Assembly: GCA_944331835.1 (NCBI GenBank)
Contig: CALVIU010000002.1
Location: 1 to 48,515, forward strand
DNA: 48,515 nucleotides
Reading direction: 5' to 3'
From: an uncultured Bacilli bacterium
GTDB lineage: Bacteria > Bacillota_I > Bacilli_A > RF39 > UBA660
The number at the start of each line of letters is the position of its first letter. Position 1 is the first letter of the stretch. Shown here piece by piece: positions 38,219-47,878 of this stretch. The notes under the pieces are model-generated. The model was not told the origin of the DNA and searched no databases. It saw only the letters and a list, made by a program, of their open reading frames with translations. Made by a program: the position numbers and the translations under genes.

Positions 38219-39132
38219 ATAAAGTAGATGAAGCATTATTAACTGAAGTACTCGGTGAAAATTTAGAAAAAGCCGATGCCATCAATATTCGTAAAAATGG
38301 CGAAAGTATTAAAAGAAGTGTATCACCATACATTGATATAGTTTCTAAAAAAGATAAAAGTGGAATCGACATTTTTGTTAAAGATAACGTTAAATTTGGT
38401 ATAGTTCATATTCCTGTAATTATTACTGAAAGTGGATTAACTGATGTTGTTTATAATGATTTTTATATCGGTAAAAATTCTAATGTCATTATCATGGCTG
38501 GCTGTGGAATTCACAATGATTTACATAAGGATAGTGAGCATGATGGTATCCACCGTTTCTTCTTAAGTGAAAACTCCAAAGTAAAATATGTTGAAAAACA
38601 TTATGGCGAAGGTAAAGGTGATGGTAAAAGAGTTTTAAATCCTACCACTGAAATATATATGAAATCAGGTTCTTCAATGACTATGGATAGTGTCCAAATT
38701 AAAGGTGTCGATGATACTATTCGTATTACGAAAGCCGAACTTGCTGAAAATACTACTTTAGTTATAAATGAGAAAATATTGACTAACAATGCCCAAACTG
38801 CTAAAACAGAATTTAATGTTGAACTAAATGGTGAAAATGCTAGTACCCATGTAACTAGTAGAAGTGTAGCAACTGATGATTCTTATCAAGAATTTAAATC
38901 AAACATTAATGGCAACACAAAATGTTATGCTCATGTTGAGTGTGATGCAATCATTAAAGATAATGGACGTGTTAAAGCCATCCCGGAAATTTATGCCGGA
39001 TCTGTTGATGCCAATTTAATTCACGAAGCGGCAATTGGTAAAATCGCCGGAGAACAACTATTAAAGTTGATGTCTTTAGGTTTAAGTGAAAAAGATGCCG
39101 AAGCAGCAATAATCGAAGGATTTTTGAAGTAG
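38215..39132 (+). CDS. SufB/SufD-family (SmsB-like) Fe-S assembly protein
   Basis: [40 protein letters not shown]. Confidence 0.88.
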
Positions 39133-39137
39133 GTGTA

Positions 39138-39842
39138 ATGATGCCAAAATTAGTATTAGTAAGACACGGACAAAGTATTTGGAATTTAGAAAATAAATTT
39201 ACTGGTTGGACTGATGTTGGATTATCTGATAAAGGTGTTAAAGAAGCGATAGATGCTGGTAAGACTTTAAAAAAACTAGGTTACACGTTTGATGTTGCTT
39301 ATACATCTTTATTAAAAAGGGCCCAAGATACATTAAATATAATTTTAAAAGAGCTTGACTTAAATATTGAAATTAATAAAACTTACAAATTAAACGAACG
39401 ACACTATGGGGCACTGCAAGGATTAAATAAAGATGAAACTAGGCAAAAATATGGCGAAGAACAAGTAAGACTATGGCGAAGAAGTGCTGAAGTTAGACCT
39501 CCAGCCCTAACCAAAGATGACCCAAGATATCCAGGAAATGATCCAATTTATAAAGATATTCCAGAAAGTGAACTTCCTCTAACTGAAAATCTAGTTGATA
39601 CCATCAAAAGAGTAGTGAGCTACTATGAATCAACTATTATTCCAGACTTAATATTGGGTAAGAAAATAATTATCGTTGCTCATGGCAATAGTTTAAGAGG
39701 ACTTGTAAAATACTTAGATAATCTATCAGATGAAGAAGTAATGGATCTAGAAATTCCTACCGGAGTACCTTTAGTTTATGAATTAGATGATAACCTAAAA
39801 CCAATTAAACATTACTATTTAAAGGATGAAGATTATGCCTAA
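39138..39842 (+). CDS. gpmA: 2,3-bisphosphoglycerate-dependent phosphoglycerate mutase
   Basis: LVRHGQS.WN..N.FTGW.DV, LNERHYG.LQG, AHGNSLR. Confidence 0.97.
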   Translation: MMPKLVLVRHGQSIWNLENKFTGWTDVGLSDKGVKEAIDAGKTLKKLGYTFDVAYTSLLKRAQDTLNIILKELDLNIEINKTYKLNERHYGALQGLNKDETRQKYGEEQVRLWRRSAEVRPPALTKDDPRYPGNDPIYKDIPESELPLTENLVDTIKRVVSYYESTIIPDLILGKKIIIVAHGNSLRGLVKYLDNLSDEEVMDLEIPTGVPLVYELDDNLKPIKHYYLKDEDYA

Positions 39843-40437
39843 TGTTCGTGAACCGATTAAAGAATCATCCAAAGAAAAGAAACAAAAAATAATAGACATC
39901 GGATTTAAACTAATGTGTGAAAAAGGTTATCATAATGTCTCTTGTGTAGACATTGCTGCTTCTGCTAATGTATCAACTGGTATAATTTATCAATATTTTA
40001 AAGATAAACTAGATATCTTTATTGCAGGAACAAAACTTTATTCAGAAAAGTTAATGTTTCCAATGCTAAATGCTTTAGAAAATAAAAATATTACTAAGGA
40101 AAACTTTGATAAAATCTTGCGTAATATGGTTGATGATGCTATTAAAGCGCATACGTTAACTAAAAATGCTCATAAAGAACTCATGTCGATGAGTTGCCTA
40201 GATAATGAAGTATTTGCTATATTTAATTGCAATGAAGAAGATGCAACGGAAAAGTTAGTCCGTAATTTTCCTAAAGTGAAAAATATCAAAGAAAAAGTTC
40301 ATTTGTTAATTAATATGGTTGATAACTTGTGTCATGAAATAGTCTATCACAAGCATGAAAATTATGATTATGCTTTTATGAAGGAACAAACAATTAAATT
40401 GATAGAATATATGATGGAGGATGTTTATGAAAACTGA
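39835..40437 (+). CDS. TetR/AcrR-family regulator
   Basis: [26 protein letters not shown]. Confidence 0.9.
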   Translation: MPNVREPIKESSKEKKQKIIDIGFKLMCEKGYHNVSCVDIAASANVSTGIIYQYFKDKLDIFIAGTKLYSEKLMFPMLNALENKNITKENFDKILRNMVDDAIKAHTLTKNAHKELMSMSCLDNEVFAIFNCNEEDATEKLVRNFPKVKNIKEKVHLLINMVDNLCHEIVYHKHENYDYAFMKEQTIKLIEYMMEDVYEN

Positions 40438-41308
40438 TAAAAATATTTTAATTGCCTTTATACTAAATTTAGGCTTTTCGATATTTGAAATTATCGGTGG
40501 CTTATTTACTAGTAGTATTGCTATTATTTCTGATGCTTTTCATGATTTTGTTGATGCTTTTAGTATTGGATTATCCTATATTTTAGAAAGAAAAAGTAAA
40601 AAGAAACCAGATTATAAATATACCTATGGTTATATGCGTTTCTCAGTCCTTGGAGCTTTTCTAACAACCACTTTTCTTGCTGCTGGTTCCATAGTAGTTA
40701 TGATAAGTGCAATCAATCGTTTATTTAATCCTGTGGAAGTTCATTATAATGGCATGATTATAATTTCTATTATTGGTATCATTGTAAATTTTCTAGCTGC
40801 TTATCAAACTAAAGATGGAGATTCATTGAATCAAAAGTCAGTAAACTTACATATGCTTGAAGATGTCTTAGGTTGGATTGTAGTTTTCATCGGATCAATT
40901 TTAATGAAGTTTACCGATATTTCCTATATCGATTCTATTATGAGTATTGGTATTGCTTGTTACATTTTAATTCATGCCCTAAAGAATTTAAAATCTGTTT
41001 TAGATTTATTCTTAGTGAAAACTCCTGCTTCAATCGATATTGACCATTTAAAAAAAGAGTTATTAGAAATTCCTAATGTAACTGATATTCATCATATCCA
41101 TGTTTGGAGTATCGATGGCGTAAATAACTATGCAACACTTCATGCTGTAAGTGATGTTAAAGATTTAACTGCTGCCAAAAAAGCTATAAAAGAATGCTTA
41201 AAGGAACATGGAATTGCTCATAGTACTATTGAACTAGAAAATTCTAAGGAAAAATGTCCTGAACACGATTGTGTAGTAAAAGTATCAAATAGTACTCATC
41301 ATCATTAA
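40427..41308 (+). CDS. cation diffusion facilitator (CzcD-like) transporter
   Basis: SDAFHD, YTYGY.R, LHMLED, HHIHVWS, HSTIE; GGAGG RBS. Confidence 0.92.
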   Translation: MKTDKNILIAFILNLGFSIFEIIGGLFTSSIAIISDAFHDFVDAFSIGLSYILERKSKKKPDYKYTYGYMRFSVLGAFLTTTFLAAGSIVVMISAINRLFNPVEVHYNGMIIISIIGIIVNFLAAYQTKDGDSLNQKSVNLHMLEDVLGWIVVFIGSILMKFTDISYIDSIMSIGIACYILIHALKNLKSVLDLFLVKTPASIDIDHLKKELLEIPNVTDIHHIHVWSIDGVNNYATLHAVSDVKDLTAAKKAIKECLKEHGIAHSTIELENSKEKCPEHDCVVKVSNSTHHH

Positions 41309-41312
41309 TGTC

Positions 41313-41332
41313 AAACTCGCAAGAGTTTTTTT
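41313..41332 (+). terminator. intrinsic terminator
   Basis: AAACTC-GCAA-GAGTTT followed by T-run. Confidence 0.6.
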
Positions 41333-41341
41333 CTTTTTCTC

Positions 41342-41372
41342 TTGACTTGGAGTTATCTCCAGACGTTATGAT
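41342..41372 (+). promoter_or_regulatory. MerR-type promoter/operator
   Basis: TTGACT-19 bp-TATGAT with dyad TGGAG-TTAT-CTCCA. Confidence 0.75.
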
Positions 41373-41396
41373 ATAATTAGTTAATAAAGGAGGATT

Positions 41397-41897
41397 ATGA
41401 AAAAATTAGTAATTTATTTTTCTCATACTGGGGAAAACTATATGAGCGATGGCATTAGAAACATCGATAAGGGCAATACCGAAATAGTTGCTGAAAAAAT
41501 TGCTGCTAAAACGGGAGCAGACTTATTTGAAGTTGAAACTATTAAGGATTATCCATATGACTATTATGAATGTTGTGCTGAAGCTAAGAAAGAATTGCAA
41601 AGTCAAGCAAGACCGGAGTTAAAAAGATATTTAAATGATTTATCAGAATATGATACGATTTATATCGGTTATCCTATTTGGTATGGCACATTTCCAATGG
41701 CTTTAGCAAGTGCTTTAGAAAGATTGAATTTTACGGACAAAACTGTAAAGCCATTTGCAACTAATGAAGGTAGTGGTTTAGGTAATTCAGTTAGTGATAT
41801 AAAACGCATTTGTAACAATGCTATAGTTTCTGATGGTTTATCTATCCGGGGTAGTGATGCTAGTATTTCCGATAATTTACTAGATAATTGGCTTTAA
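41397..41897 (+). CDS. flavodoxin-like protein
   Basis: YFSHTGEN...GNTEIVA, GYPIWYG, PFATNEGSG. Confidence 0.9.
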   Translation: MKKLVIYFSHTGENYMSDGIRNIDKGNTEIVAEKIAAKTGADLFEVETIKDYPYDYYECCAEAKKELQSQARPELKRYLNDLSEYDTIYIGYPIWYGTFPMALASALERLNFTDKTVKPFATNEGSGLGNSVSDIKRICNNAIVSDGLSIRGSDASISDNLLDNWL

Positions 41898-41910
41898 TAA
41901 TTTTTAAAAT

Positions 41911-42387
41911 ATGAAAAATAAACACTTAATCTTTATTTTATTGGTTGTCTGCATCATCACTACATTTTTAATAATTCTTATATTAGATGAAAATCATAAT
42001 CAAACAACTTCTAATAAAGATAATATTATAGAAAGTGGAGAAAATGCTATGAATTTAACAATAAATGGTACAAATCTAAATGTAAATTTGGAAAATAATG
42101 CTACAACAACAGCTTTACTAGAACTACTGCCATTAGAAATATCAATGTCTGAGTTAAACGGGAATGAAAAATATTATTATTTATCTGAATCTTTACCAAC
42201 AAATGCTGAAGAAGTTGGAACAATTCATGCTGGTGATATTATGCTTTATGGTGATGATTGTCTTGTAATATTCTATGAAACATTTGAAACCAATTACCGT
42301 TACACTAAAATAGGTCATATTGCTAACTATGAAGATTTAAAAGAACTTTTAGGAAGTGGAAATATAACTGTAAGGTGGGATAAATAA
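41911..42387 (+). CDS. cyclophilin-like fold protein
   Basis: LPLEISMSELNGNEK, GDIMLYG..CLVIFY, YTKIG; N-terminal TM/signal. Confidence 0.8.
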   Translation: MKNKHLIFILLVVCIITTFLIILILDENHNQTTSNKDNIIESGENAMNLTINGTNLNVNLENNATTTALLELLPLEISMSELNGNEKYYYLSESLPTNAEEVGTIHAGDIMLYGDDCLVIFYETFETNYRYTKIGHIANYEDLKELLGSGNITVRWDK

Positions 42388-42388
42388 T

Positions 42389-43021
42389 ATGAAAGTTGTT
42401 CGCATGTTTTTAGATATTTTAATGTTTATTTTGATGCTTATTTTAATGGGACCTCATATTTACCACATTTATTCTTTTTATAATTCATCATACATTAAAT
42501 GTTAGATATTATAAAAATATTTTTAAAGGAAAATACAATTTTATGAGAATATTCATGCTAGTAATTGATATTGCCTTATTTATAGCCATGCTTGGTATGA
42601 TGATTAGTAGTGTAATTATTTCTAGTGATGTTTTTGCCTTTTTAAATATTCCAACTTCATCATTCGGCAGAAATTTACATATGGTATCAACTGCCTGGAG
42701 CTTTGTTTTAATGGCTATGCATGTTGGTCTTCATTTAAATGCAATAGTTTACAAAATAAAAAATAAATTAAAGTCTAGTAATTTTAATATGTTTCATATC
42801 TACTGCTAATTGTTATTCTTATTTATGGTATATATAGTTTTATAAAACATAAGCTATGGGAAGATACGTTTTTGTTAACTCATTTTAAATTCTTTGATTA
42901 CGATCAAAACCCAATTATATTTTATTTAGAGATGCTATCGATTGTCATACTTATAGCCACAGTAACTTATTTATTAATTAAATTTAGTAATAAAAGAAAA
43001 AGCAAAAATAGTGCAGAGTAA
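42389..43021 (+). pseudogene. DUF4405-like heme-binding membrane protein with two frame breaks
   Basis: MKVVRMFLDILMFILMLILMGPHI // FILFIIHHTLN...LHM...HVGLH...SSNF // LLIVILIYGIYSF...FFDYDQNP...SAE*; breaks near 42460 and 42790. Confidence 0.7.
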
Positions 43022-43081
43022 TCTGCATTTTTTCGTTGTCTAGTTTTATTTAATTATTATATAATATAATTAGTGATTGAT

Positions 43082-45256
43082 ATGAAGAAAATAGTTTTAA
43101 AAATCTCAGGGATGACTTGTAGTGCTTGTTCTTCAGGATTGGAAAAATACCTTTCTAAACAAAAAGGAATAATTAGCGCATCCGTAAATTTAGTATTATC
43201 CTTAGCAACAGTAGAATATGATAGTATTTCAGTTAAGACAATTGAAAAATATATTTCGGAAGCAGGTTTTAAAAGTCTCGGCGAATTTAAAAGAATAGAT
43301 GAATTAGAATCTAATTCTAGTGATAAACATAAATTAATTATTTTAGGTGTAGTTATAATATTTTTAATGTATGTTTCTATGTATCATATGATTAATGCTC
43401 CAGCATTCCCATTGCTTAATCATAATCATCCCGTAATATTAGCAACATTTATGCTATTAGTATCAATTATATTTTTAATCTATGGTTTCGATATTATCCA
43501 AAGTGGTATTAAAAATTTAATTCACAGAATGCCCAACATGGATACTCTCGTAATGTTTAGTGTCATTTGCAGTTTTTTATATAGTCTTTATGGATACATC
43601 CAAATAGTTTTTGGTAACTATGACTTTATTCACAATCTATATTTTGAATCTACTTGTATGGTTATTTATTTTATTAAGTTAGGACGTTTCATTGAAACCC
43701 TTGGTAAAGATAAAACTAAGAGTGCTCTAAAAGAGTTAGTGCAAATTACTCCCGAATATGCAGTATTAAAAAAAGATAATGAAGAAATTAAAGTAACCAT
43801 CGATGAAGTTAAAGAAGATGACTTGCTCATGAGTAAAGCCGGAGAAAAAATTGCCGTCGACGGTGTAGTTGCCAGTGGTAAGAGTTATGTTGATGAATCT
43901 TTTATCACTGGAGAAGCAAATCCCATTTTAAAAAAGGCTGGAGATAATGTTATCGCCGGATCCATCCTTTATGATGGTTATTTGGAATACAATGCTAAAA
44001 GAATTGGTAAGTCTTCGACGATATCACAAATTATTGAAATAGTTATTAATGCAACTTCTAATAAGAGCAAGATTGAGCGTCTTGCTGATAAAATAAGTGG
44101 TTATTTTGTCCCAATAGTTATAGGTATAGCTATATTATCATTCATAATACATTTACTTGTTGGAACAGCTTTTGCAGATTCCCTAACACATTTTGTAACT
44201 ATTTTAGTTGTTGCTTGTCCTTGTGCTTTAGGACTAGCAGTACCTCTAGTAAATGTTGTTGCTAATGGCTTATGTGCTAAAAAAGGAATATTTTTGCGTA
44301 ATGGTGAAGTCTTAGAAAAAGCTAAAGATATCGATACAATAGTATTTGATAAAACAGGAACAATAACCTATGGTAAATTAAATGTTTATAAAATGTTTAA
44401 TTATTCTAAACTTCCAGATAAAGAATTATTAAACATAGTTGCCAGCATTGAATCACTATCTAATCATCCAATGTCTAAAGCCTTCAAAGTAAAAGAAAAA
44501 CTAAATGTTACTAACTATCAAGTTATCCCAGGTAAAGGGATAAAGGGTAGTATTAATCATAAAACCTATTATCTTGGTAATGCTAGTATCTTAAAAGATT
44601 TAAATATTGAAGATGAGTATACAAAAAACTATCAAGAATTAACTACTACTGGTTGTAGCATAATCTATGTTATTCAAGATAATAAAGTTATTGCTTTAAT
44701 TGGTCTTCGAGATACAATTAGAAAAAATGTTAAGAGCGTTATTAAGAAATTTCAAAAATCCGGAATTGAAGTCATAATGCTTACCGGAGATAATAAAGAA
44801 ACTTCTAGTATTATTGCTCGTGAAATAGGTATTACCAACATCTTTGCTGATGTTTTACCCCAAGATAAAGCAAATACTATTGATAATTTTATTAATGATG
44901 GTAAAAAAGTTGCCATGGTAGGTGATGGTATCAATGATGCTCCGGCCTTAGTAAAATCTACTGTTGGTATAAGCATATCCGATGGCACCGATATAGCAGC
45001 ATCTTCATCAGATGTAATATTGATGAATAATGATATAAGTAATATTCTAGATTTAATTAATATTAGTAAAAAATCTTATCGTGTTATTAAACAAAATTTA
45101 TTCTGGGCATTTATCTACAATTTATGTATGATACCTATTGCTGCTGGAGTATTTACAAATATAGAAATGACTCCGATGTTTGGCAGTATTGCTATGACTA
45201 TAAGTAGTTTAACCGTTGTTTTAAATTCGTATATATTTGGAAGGAGGAAAATATAA
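43082..45256 (+). CDS. copA: copper-translocating P1B-type ATPase
   Basis: GMTCSAC, TGE, ACPCALG, DKTGT, HP, GDGINDAP, YN...M. Confidence 0.93.
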   Translation: MKKIVLKISGMTCSACSSGLEKYLSKQKGIISASVNLVLSLATVEYDSISVKTIEKYISEAGFKSLGEFKRIDELESNSSDKHKLIILGVVIIFLMYVSMYHMINAPAFPLLNHNHPVILATFMLLVSIIFLIYGFDIIQSGIKNLIHRMPNMDTLVMFSVICSFLYSLYGYIQIVFGNYDFIHNLYFESTCMVIYFIKLGRFIETLGKDKTKSALKELVQITPEYAVLKKDNEEIKVTIDEVKEDDLLMSKAGEKIAVDGVVASGKSYVDESFITGEANPILKKAGDNVIAGSILYDGYLEYNAKRIGKSSTISQIIEIVINATSNKSKIERLADKISGYFVPIVIGIAILSFIIHLLVGTAFADSLTHFVTILVVACPCALGLAVPLVNVVANGLCAKKGIFLRNGEVLEKAKDIDTIVFDKTGTITYGKLNVYKMFNYSKLPDKELLNIVASIESLSNHPMSKAFKVKEKLNVTNYQVIPGKGIKGSINHKTYYLGNASILKDLNIEDEYTKNYQELTTTGCSIIYVIQDNKVIALIGLRDTIRKNVKSVIKKFQKSGIEVIMLTGDNKETSSIIAREIGITNIFADVLPQDKANTIDNFINDGKKVAMVGDGINDAPALVKSTVGISISDGTDIAASSSDVILMNNDISNILDLINISKKSYRVIKQNLFWAFIYNLCMIPIAAGVFTNIEMTPMFGSIAMTISSLTVVLNSYIFGRRKI

Positions 45257-45459
45257 TGGAATATAAATTGACAATCAATGGTATGAAATGTGAAGGATGC
45301 GTAAATAGAATCAATAATGTTTTAAGTACCATTAAAGGGGTAGAATCATTTAATGTATCTTTAGAGACTAAAGCATTAACTATTAAAGTAAAAAAAGAAA
45401 AGACATTAAATGAAGTAATTACTAAGATTGAAAATATGGGATTTAAAGTGGAAAGATAA
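45256..45459 (+). CDS. copZ: heavy-metal chaperone (CopZ-like)
   Basis: GMKCEGC HMA motif, 67 aa, coupled to copA. Confidence 0.85.
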   Translation: MEYKLTINGMKCEGCVNRINNVLSTIKGVESFNVSLETKALTIKVKKEKTLNEVITKIENMGFKVER

Positions 45460-45560
45460 AAAAAGTCCGGTTTTCGAGAAAAAAGTCCGGTTTTTGATTC
45501 AAAAATAACGCAAAAACCGAACTTTTGTGATAAAATTAACTAAAAAAGTCCGGTTTTCGA
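45459..45560. repeat. array of a 19-bp motif AAAAAAGTCCGGTTTT(C/T)GA: three direct copies and one inverted variant
   Basis: Direct copies 45459-45477, 45479-45497, 45542-45560; inverted CAAAAACCGAACTTTT at 45511-45526. Confidence 0.9.
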
Positions 45561-45578
45561 AAATAAAGGAGTTAAAAT

Positions 45579-46118
45579 ATGGAAAAATACGTTAAAGTAA
45601 TGTTTGGAATTAATAGTGGAGCAGGTGATTTTCAATATGAAATTGGCAGATTAAATGTAGCAACCATTTGGAACCCAAAAGCAAAGTCCGGAAAAGAATT
45701 CGGTGGATTTAATTTTTCAACTGAAGAAAAAATATTAAGATGGTTACATCGGGGAGATACAATTTATGATGTAGAAATTCCTGATGGTGCTGAAGTAATA
45801 GATGTAGTAGAATCGGCAACACCTCACGGAGTATTTAGAACAAATAAAATAATATTAAAAAATCCTCGTAAAGTTACTGATGAAATGGCTCTAGAATTTT
45901 ATAAAAAATCTACTATTCCTGAATTTGCTTATTATAAAGCAATGGCGGCAGTTGCAGTAATGAATTATAAAAATACAGCAATGCAAATATTTAAAGATAA
46001 AGTTAATAAAGATAATATAAAAGTAGTGTTAGAAGAATGGAATGATTTTATAGATAAAAAAGATGATAGAACAAATGAAACTGTAGAACTAATAGAAAGT
46101 ATGTTAAATAATTTTTAA
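45579..46118 (+). CDS. hypothetical protein, possible ADP-ribosyltransferase-like fold
   Basis: AAAGGAG RBS; FQY..G.LN...GGFNFST...YDVEIP...FRTNKIIL pattern. Confidence 0.6.
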   Translation: MEKYVKVMFGINSGAGDFQYEIGRLNVATIWNPKAKSGKEFGGFNFSTEEKILRWLHRGDTIYDVEIPDGAEVIDVVESATPHGVFRTNKIILKNPRKVTDEMALEFYKKSTIPEFAYYKAMAAVAVMNYKNTAMQIFKDKVNKDNIKVVLEEWNDFIDKKDDRTNETVELIESMLNNF

Positions 46119-46136
46119 TATAATGAGGTTGATAAA

Positions 46137-46577
46137 ATGAATATTTATGAAAGTAAAAATTGGGAAGTAGTATTTGTTAAATGGGGGCAAGAATTTGTAG
46201 GAGATTGCATTATATCTTCTAAAAAAGAATCTCTTAGTGATTTAACCAACGAAGAATGGGTAGAACTAGGAAAAATTGAAAAAGAATTAGAAAGAGTTTG
46301 TAAAAAACTTTTTAATGCAACAATGTTTAATTTTGCTTGCCTGATGAATAATGCTTATCGTGATAACGAAAAACCACATGTCCATTTTCATTTTATTCCT
46401 AGATACAAAAAAGAACTTGAATTATTTGGTAAGAAATATAAAGATATTCATTTTGGATATAATTTTTGGAAATGGGAAAATGATGAGCAAAGTAAACAAC
46501 CTGACATTTTTACTAAAGAAGAAAAGTATGCTATATTTGAAATGATAAAAAAGGAGTTTAATTTAGAAAATGACTAA
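46137..46577 (+). CDS. HIT family nucleotide hydrolase
   Basis: PHVHFHFIPRY histidine triad; SLSDLT.EEW. Confidence 0.85.
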   Translation: MNIYESKNWEVVFVKWGQEFVGDCIISSKKESLSDLTNEEWVELGKIEKELERVCKKLFNATMFNFACLMNNAYRDNEKPHVHFHFIPRYKKELELFGKKYKDIHFGYNFWKWENDEQSKQPDIFTKEEKYAIFEMIKKEFNLEND

Positions 46578-47403
46578 AGATGAAATAAGAAATAAAATAA
46601 TAAGTTTAAAAAGTGATGAAGAAATAAAGACTTTTGTAGAGTCTAGAATTGCTGAATTAGAAAATAATAGTGGGGAGGCAACTGTTGGGCAAGGTTATAC
46701 AGATTCTTTTTCTGAATATATTTCTGATAAGGTACATTATAAGGCTGCCGCAAAGATTAAAGATAAAGAATGTCCTGATTTAGTTTATGATGATTTAACA
46801 CCATATTATAATTTAGTTAACGAACTTAACAAAAATGGTAATTACGCAGTATTAACATTATTTACAACCATATTTTATATAGTTAATGATTATTTGCCAT
46901 CAGATGACATTGGCTGGGGAAGAGCGCTTACATATTTTTCGCACCATGAAAAACGTTTGTCTATCAAAACTGTAAGGGAAAATGGCTGTGCTTTTTGTTC
47001 TGAAAAATCCGGAATGGCACACAATTTATTTAAGTTTTTAGGAATTGATTCGGAAGTTATTTGTGGAGCAAGGGGGAAAGACTTACATGCCTTTAATATG
47101 ATTTATCCAAATGGCTATGGTAATGAACCGATGATTTTATATGATCCATCATTTTTTGTTGACTTTATTAAGAATGATAAAAAAATATCATTAGGATACT
47201 TTAAGGCATTTAAAAAAGAGGCTTACGAATCCTTTAAACAAGGTATTCCAACCGAACTTGATTTAAGTAAAACTGAAGTTAATTATCGAAGACTATATGG
47301 TAATGCATTAGATGGCTATGAATTTAAAGATGAACATCCTGTTTATGTTTATGGACTTGATGCTAGCAGAAATTATATTGATAGTCTTGGTGGTGGAAGA
47401 TAA
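46570..47403 (+). CDS. hypothetical protein with transglutaminase/papain-like triad
   Basis: FCSEKSGMAHNL..FLG, HAFN, LYDP. Confidence 0.6.
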   Translation: MTKDEIRNKIISLKSDEEIKTFVESRIAELENNSGEATVGQGYTDSFSEYISDKVHYKAAAKIKDKECPDLVYDDLTPYYNLVNELNKNGNYAVLTLFTTIFYIVNDYLPSDDIGWGRALTYFSHHEKRLSIKTVRENGCAFCSEKSGMAHNLFKFLGIDSEVICGARGKDLHAFNMIYPNGYGNEPMILYDPSFFVDFIKNDKKISLGYFKAFKKEAYESFKQGIPTELDLSKTEVNYRRLYGNALDGYEFKDEHPVYVYGLDASRNYIDSLGGGR

Positions 47404-47409
47404 TAACCT

Positions 47410-47802
47410 ATGAAAGTATTAAGTTTAACTGAACCTTATGCAACTTTAATAAAAGAAAATAAAAAGAAAGTAGAAACACGTAGTTGGAAAACAAATTATC
47501 GTGGTGAACTTTACATCCATGCCAGCCTTACTAAAGGAAAAATAAAACCAGAATTATTATCACTTATTGATAAAGATAATTTGAATTATGGTTGCATAAT
47601 TTGCAAATGTAGACTTGTAGATTGTATTTATATGACCGATGAGTATGTCGATAAAATGAAAAAAGAAAACTATCAAGAGTATATTTGTGGTGAATACCAA
47701 GAAGGAAGATATGCTTGGATTTTAGATAACATTGAACCTTTAGAAACTCCAATTAAGGCAAAAGGGCAACTTAGTATATGGAATTATGAAATTGATACTT
47801 AG
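47410..47802 (+). CDS. ASCH domain protein
   Basis: LSLTEPYA.LI...K.VETRSW.T.YRG.LYIHAS; KGQLSIW. Confidence 0.9.
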   Translation: MKVLSLTEPYATLIKENKKKVETRSWKTNYRGELYIHASLTKGKIKPELLSLIDKDNLNYGCIICKCRLVDCIYMTDEYVDKMKKENYQEYICGEYQEGRYAWILDNIEPLETPIKAKGQLSIWNYEIDT

Positions 47803-47878
47803 TTTTACACTAAGTGTTTTTTCTTGCCTTTTAAATTGTATATGATATACTTAAAGTAGCAAAGGAGGATATAAGGCT

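Noticed and set aside
45459-45560. CRISPR mini-array
   Set aside because: Repeats are adjacent or inverted, only 19 bp long, lack regular spacers, and there are no cas genes
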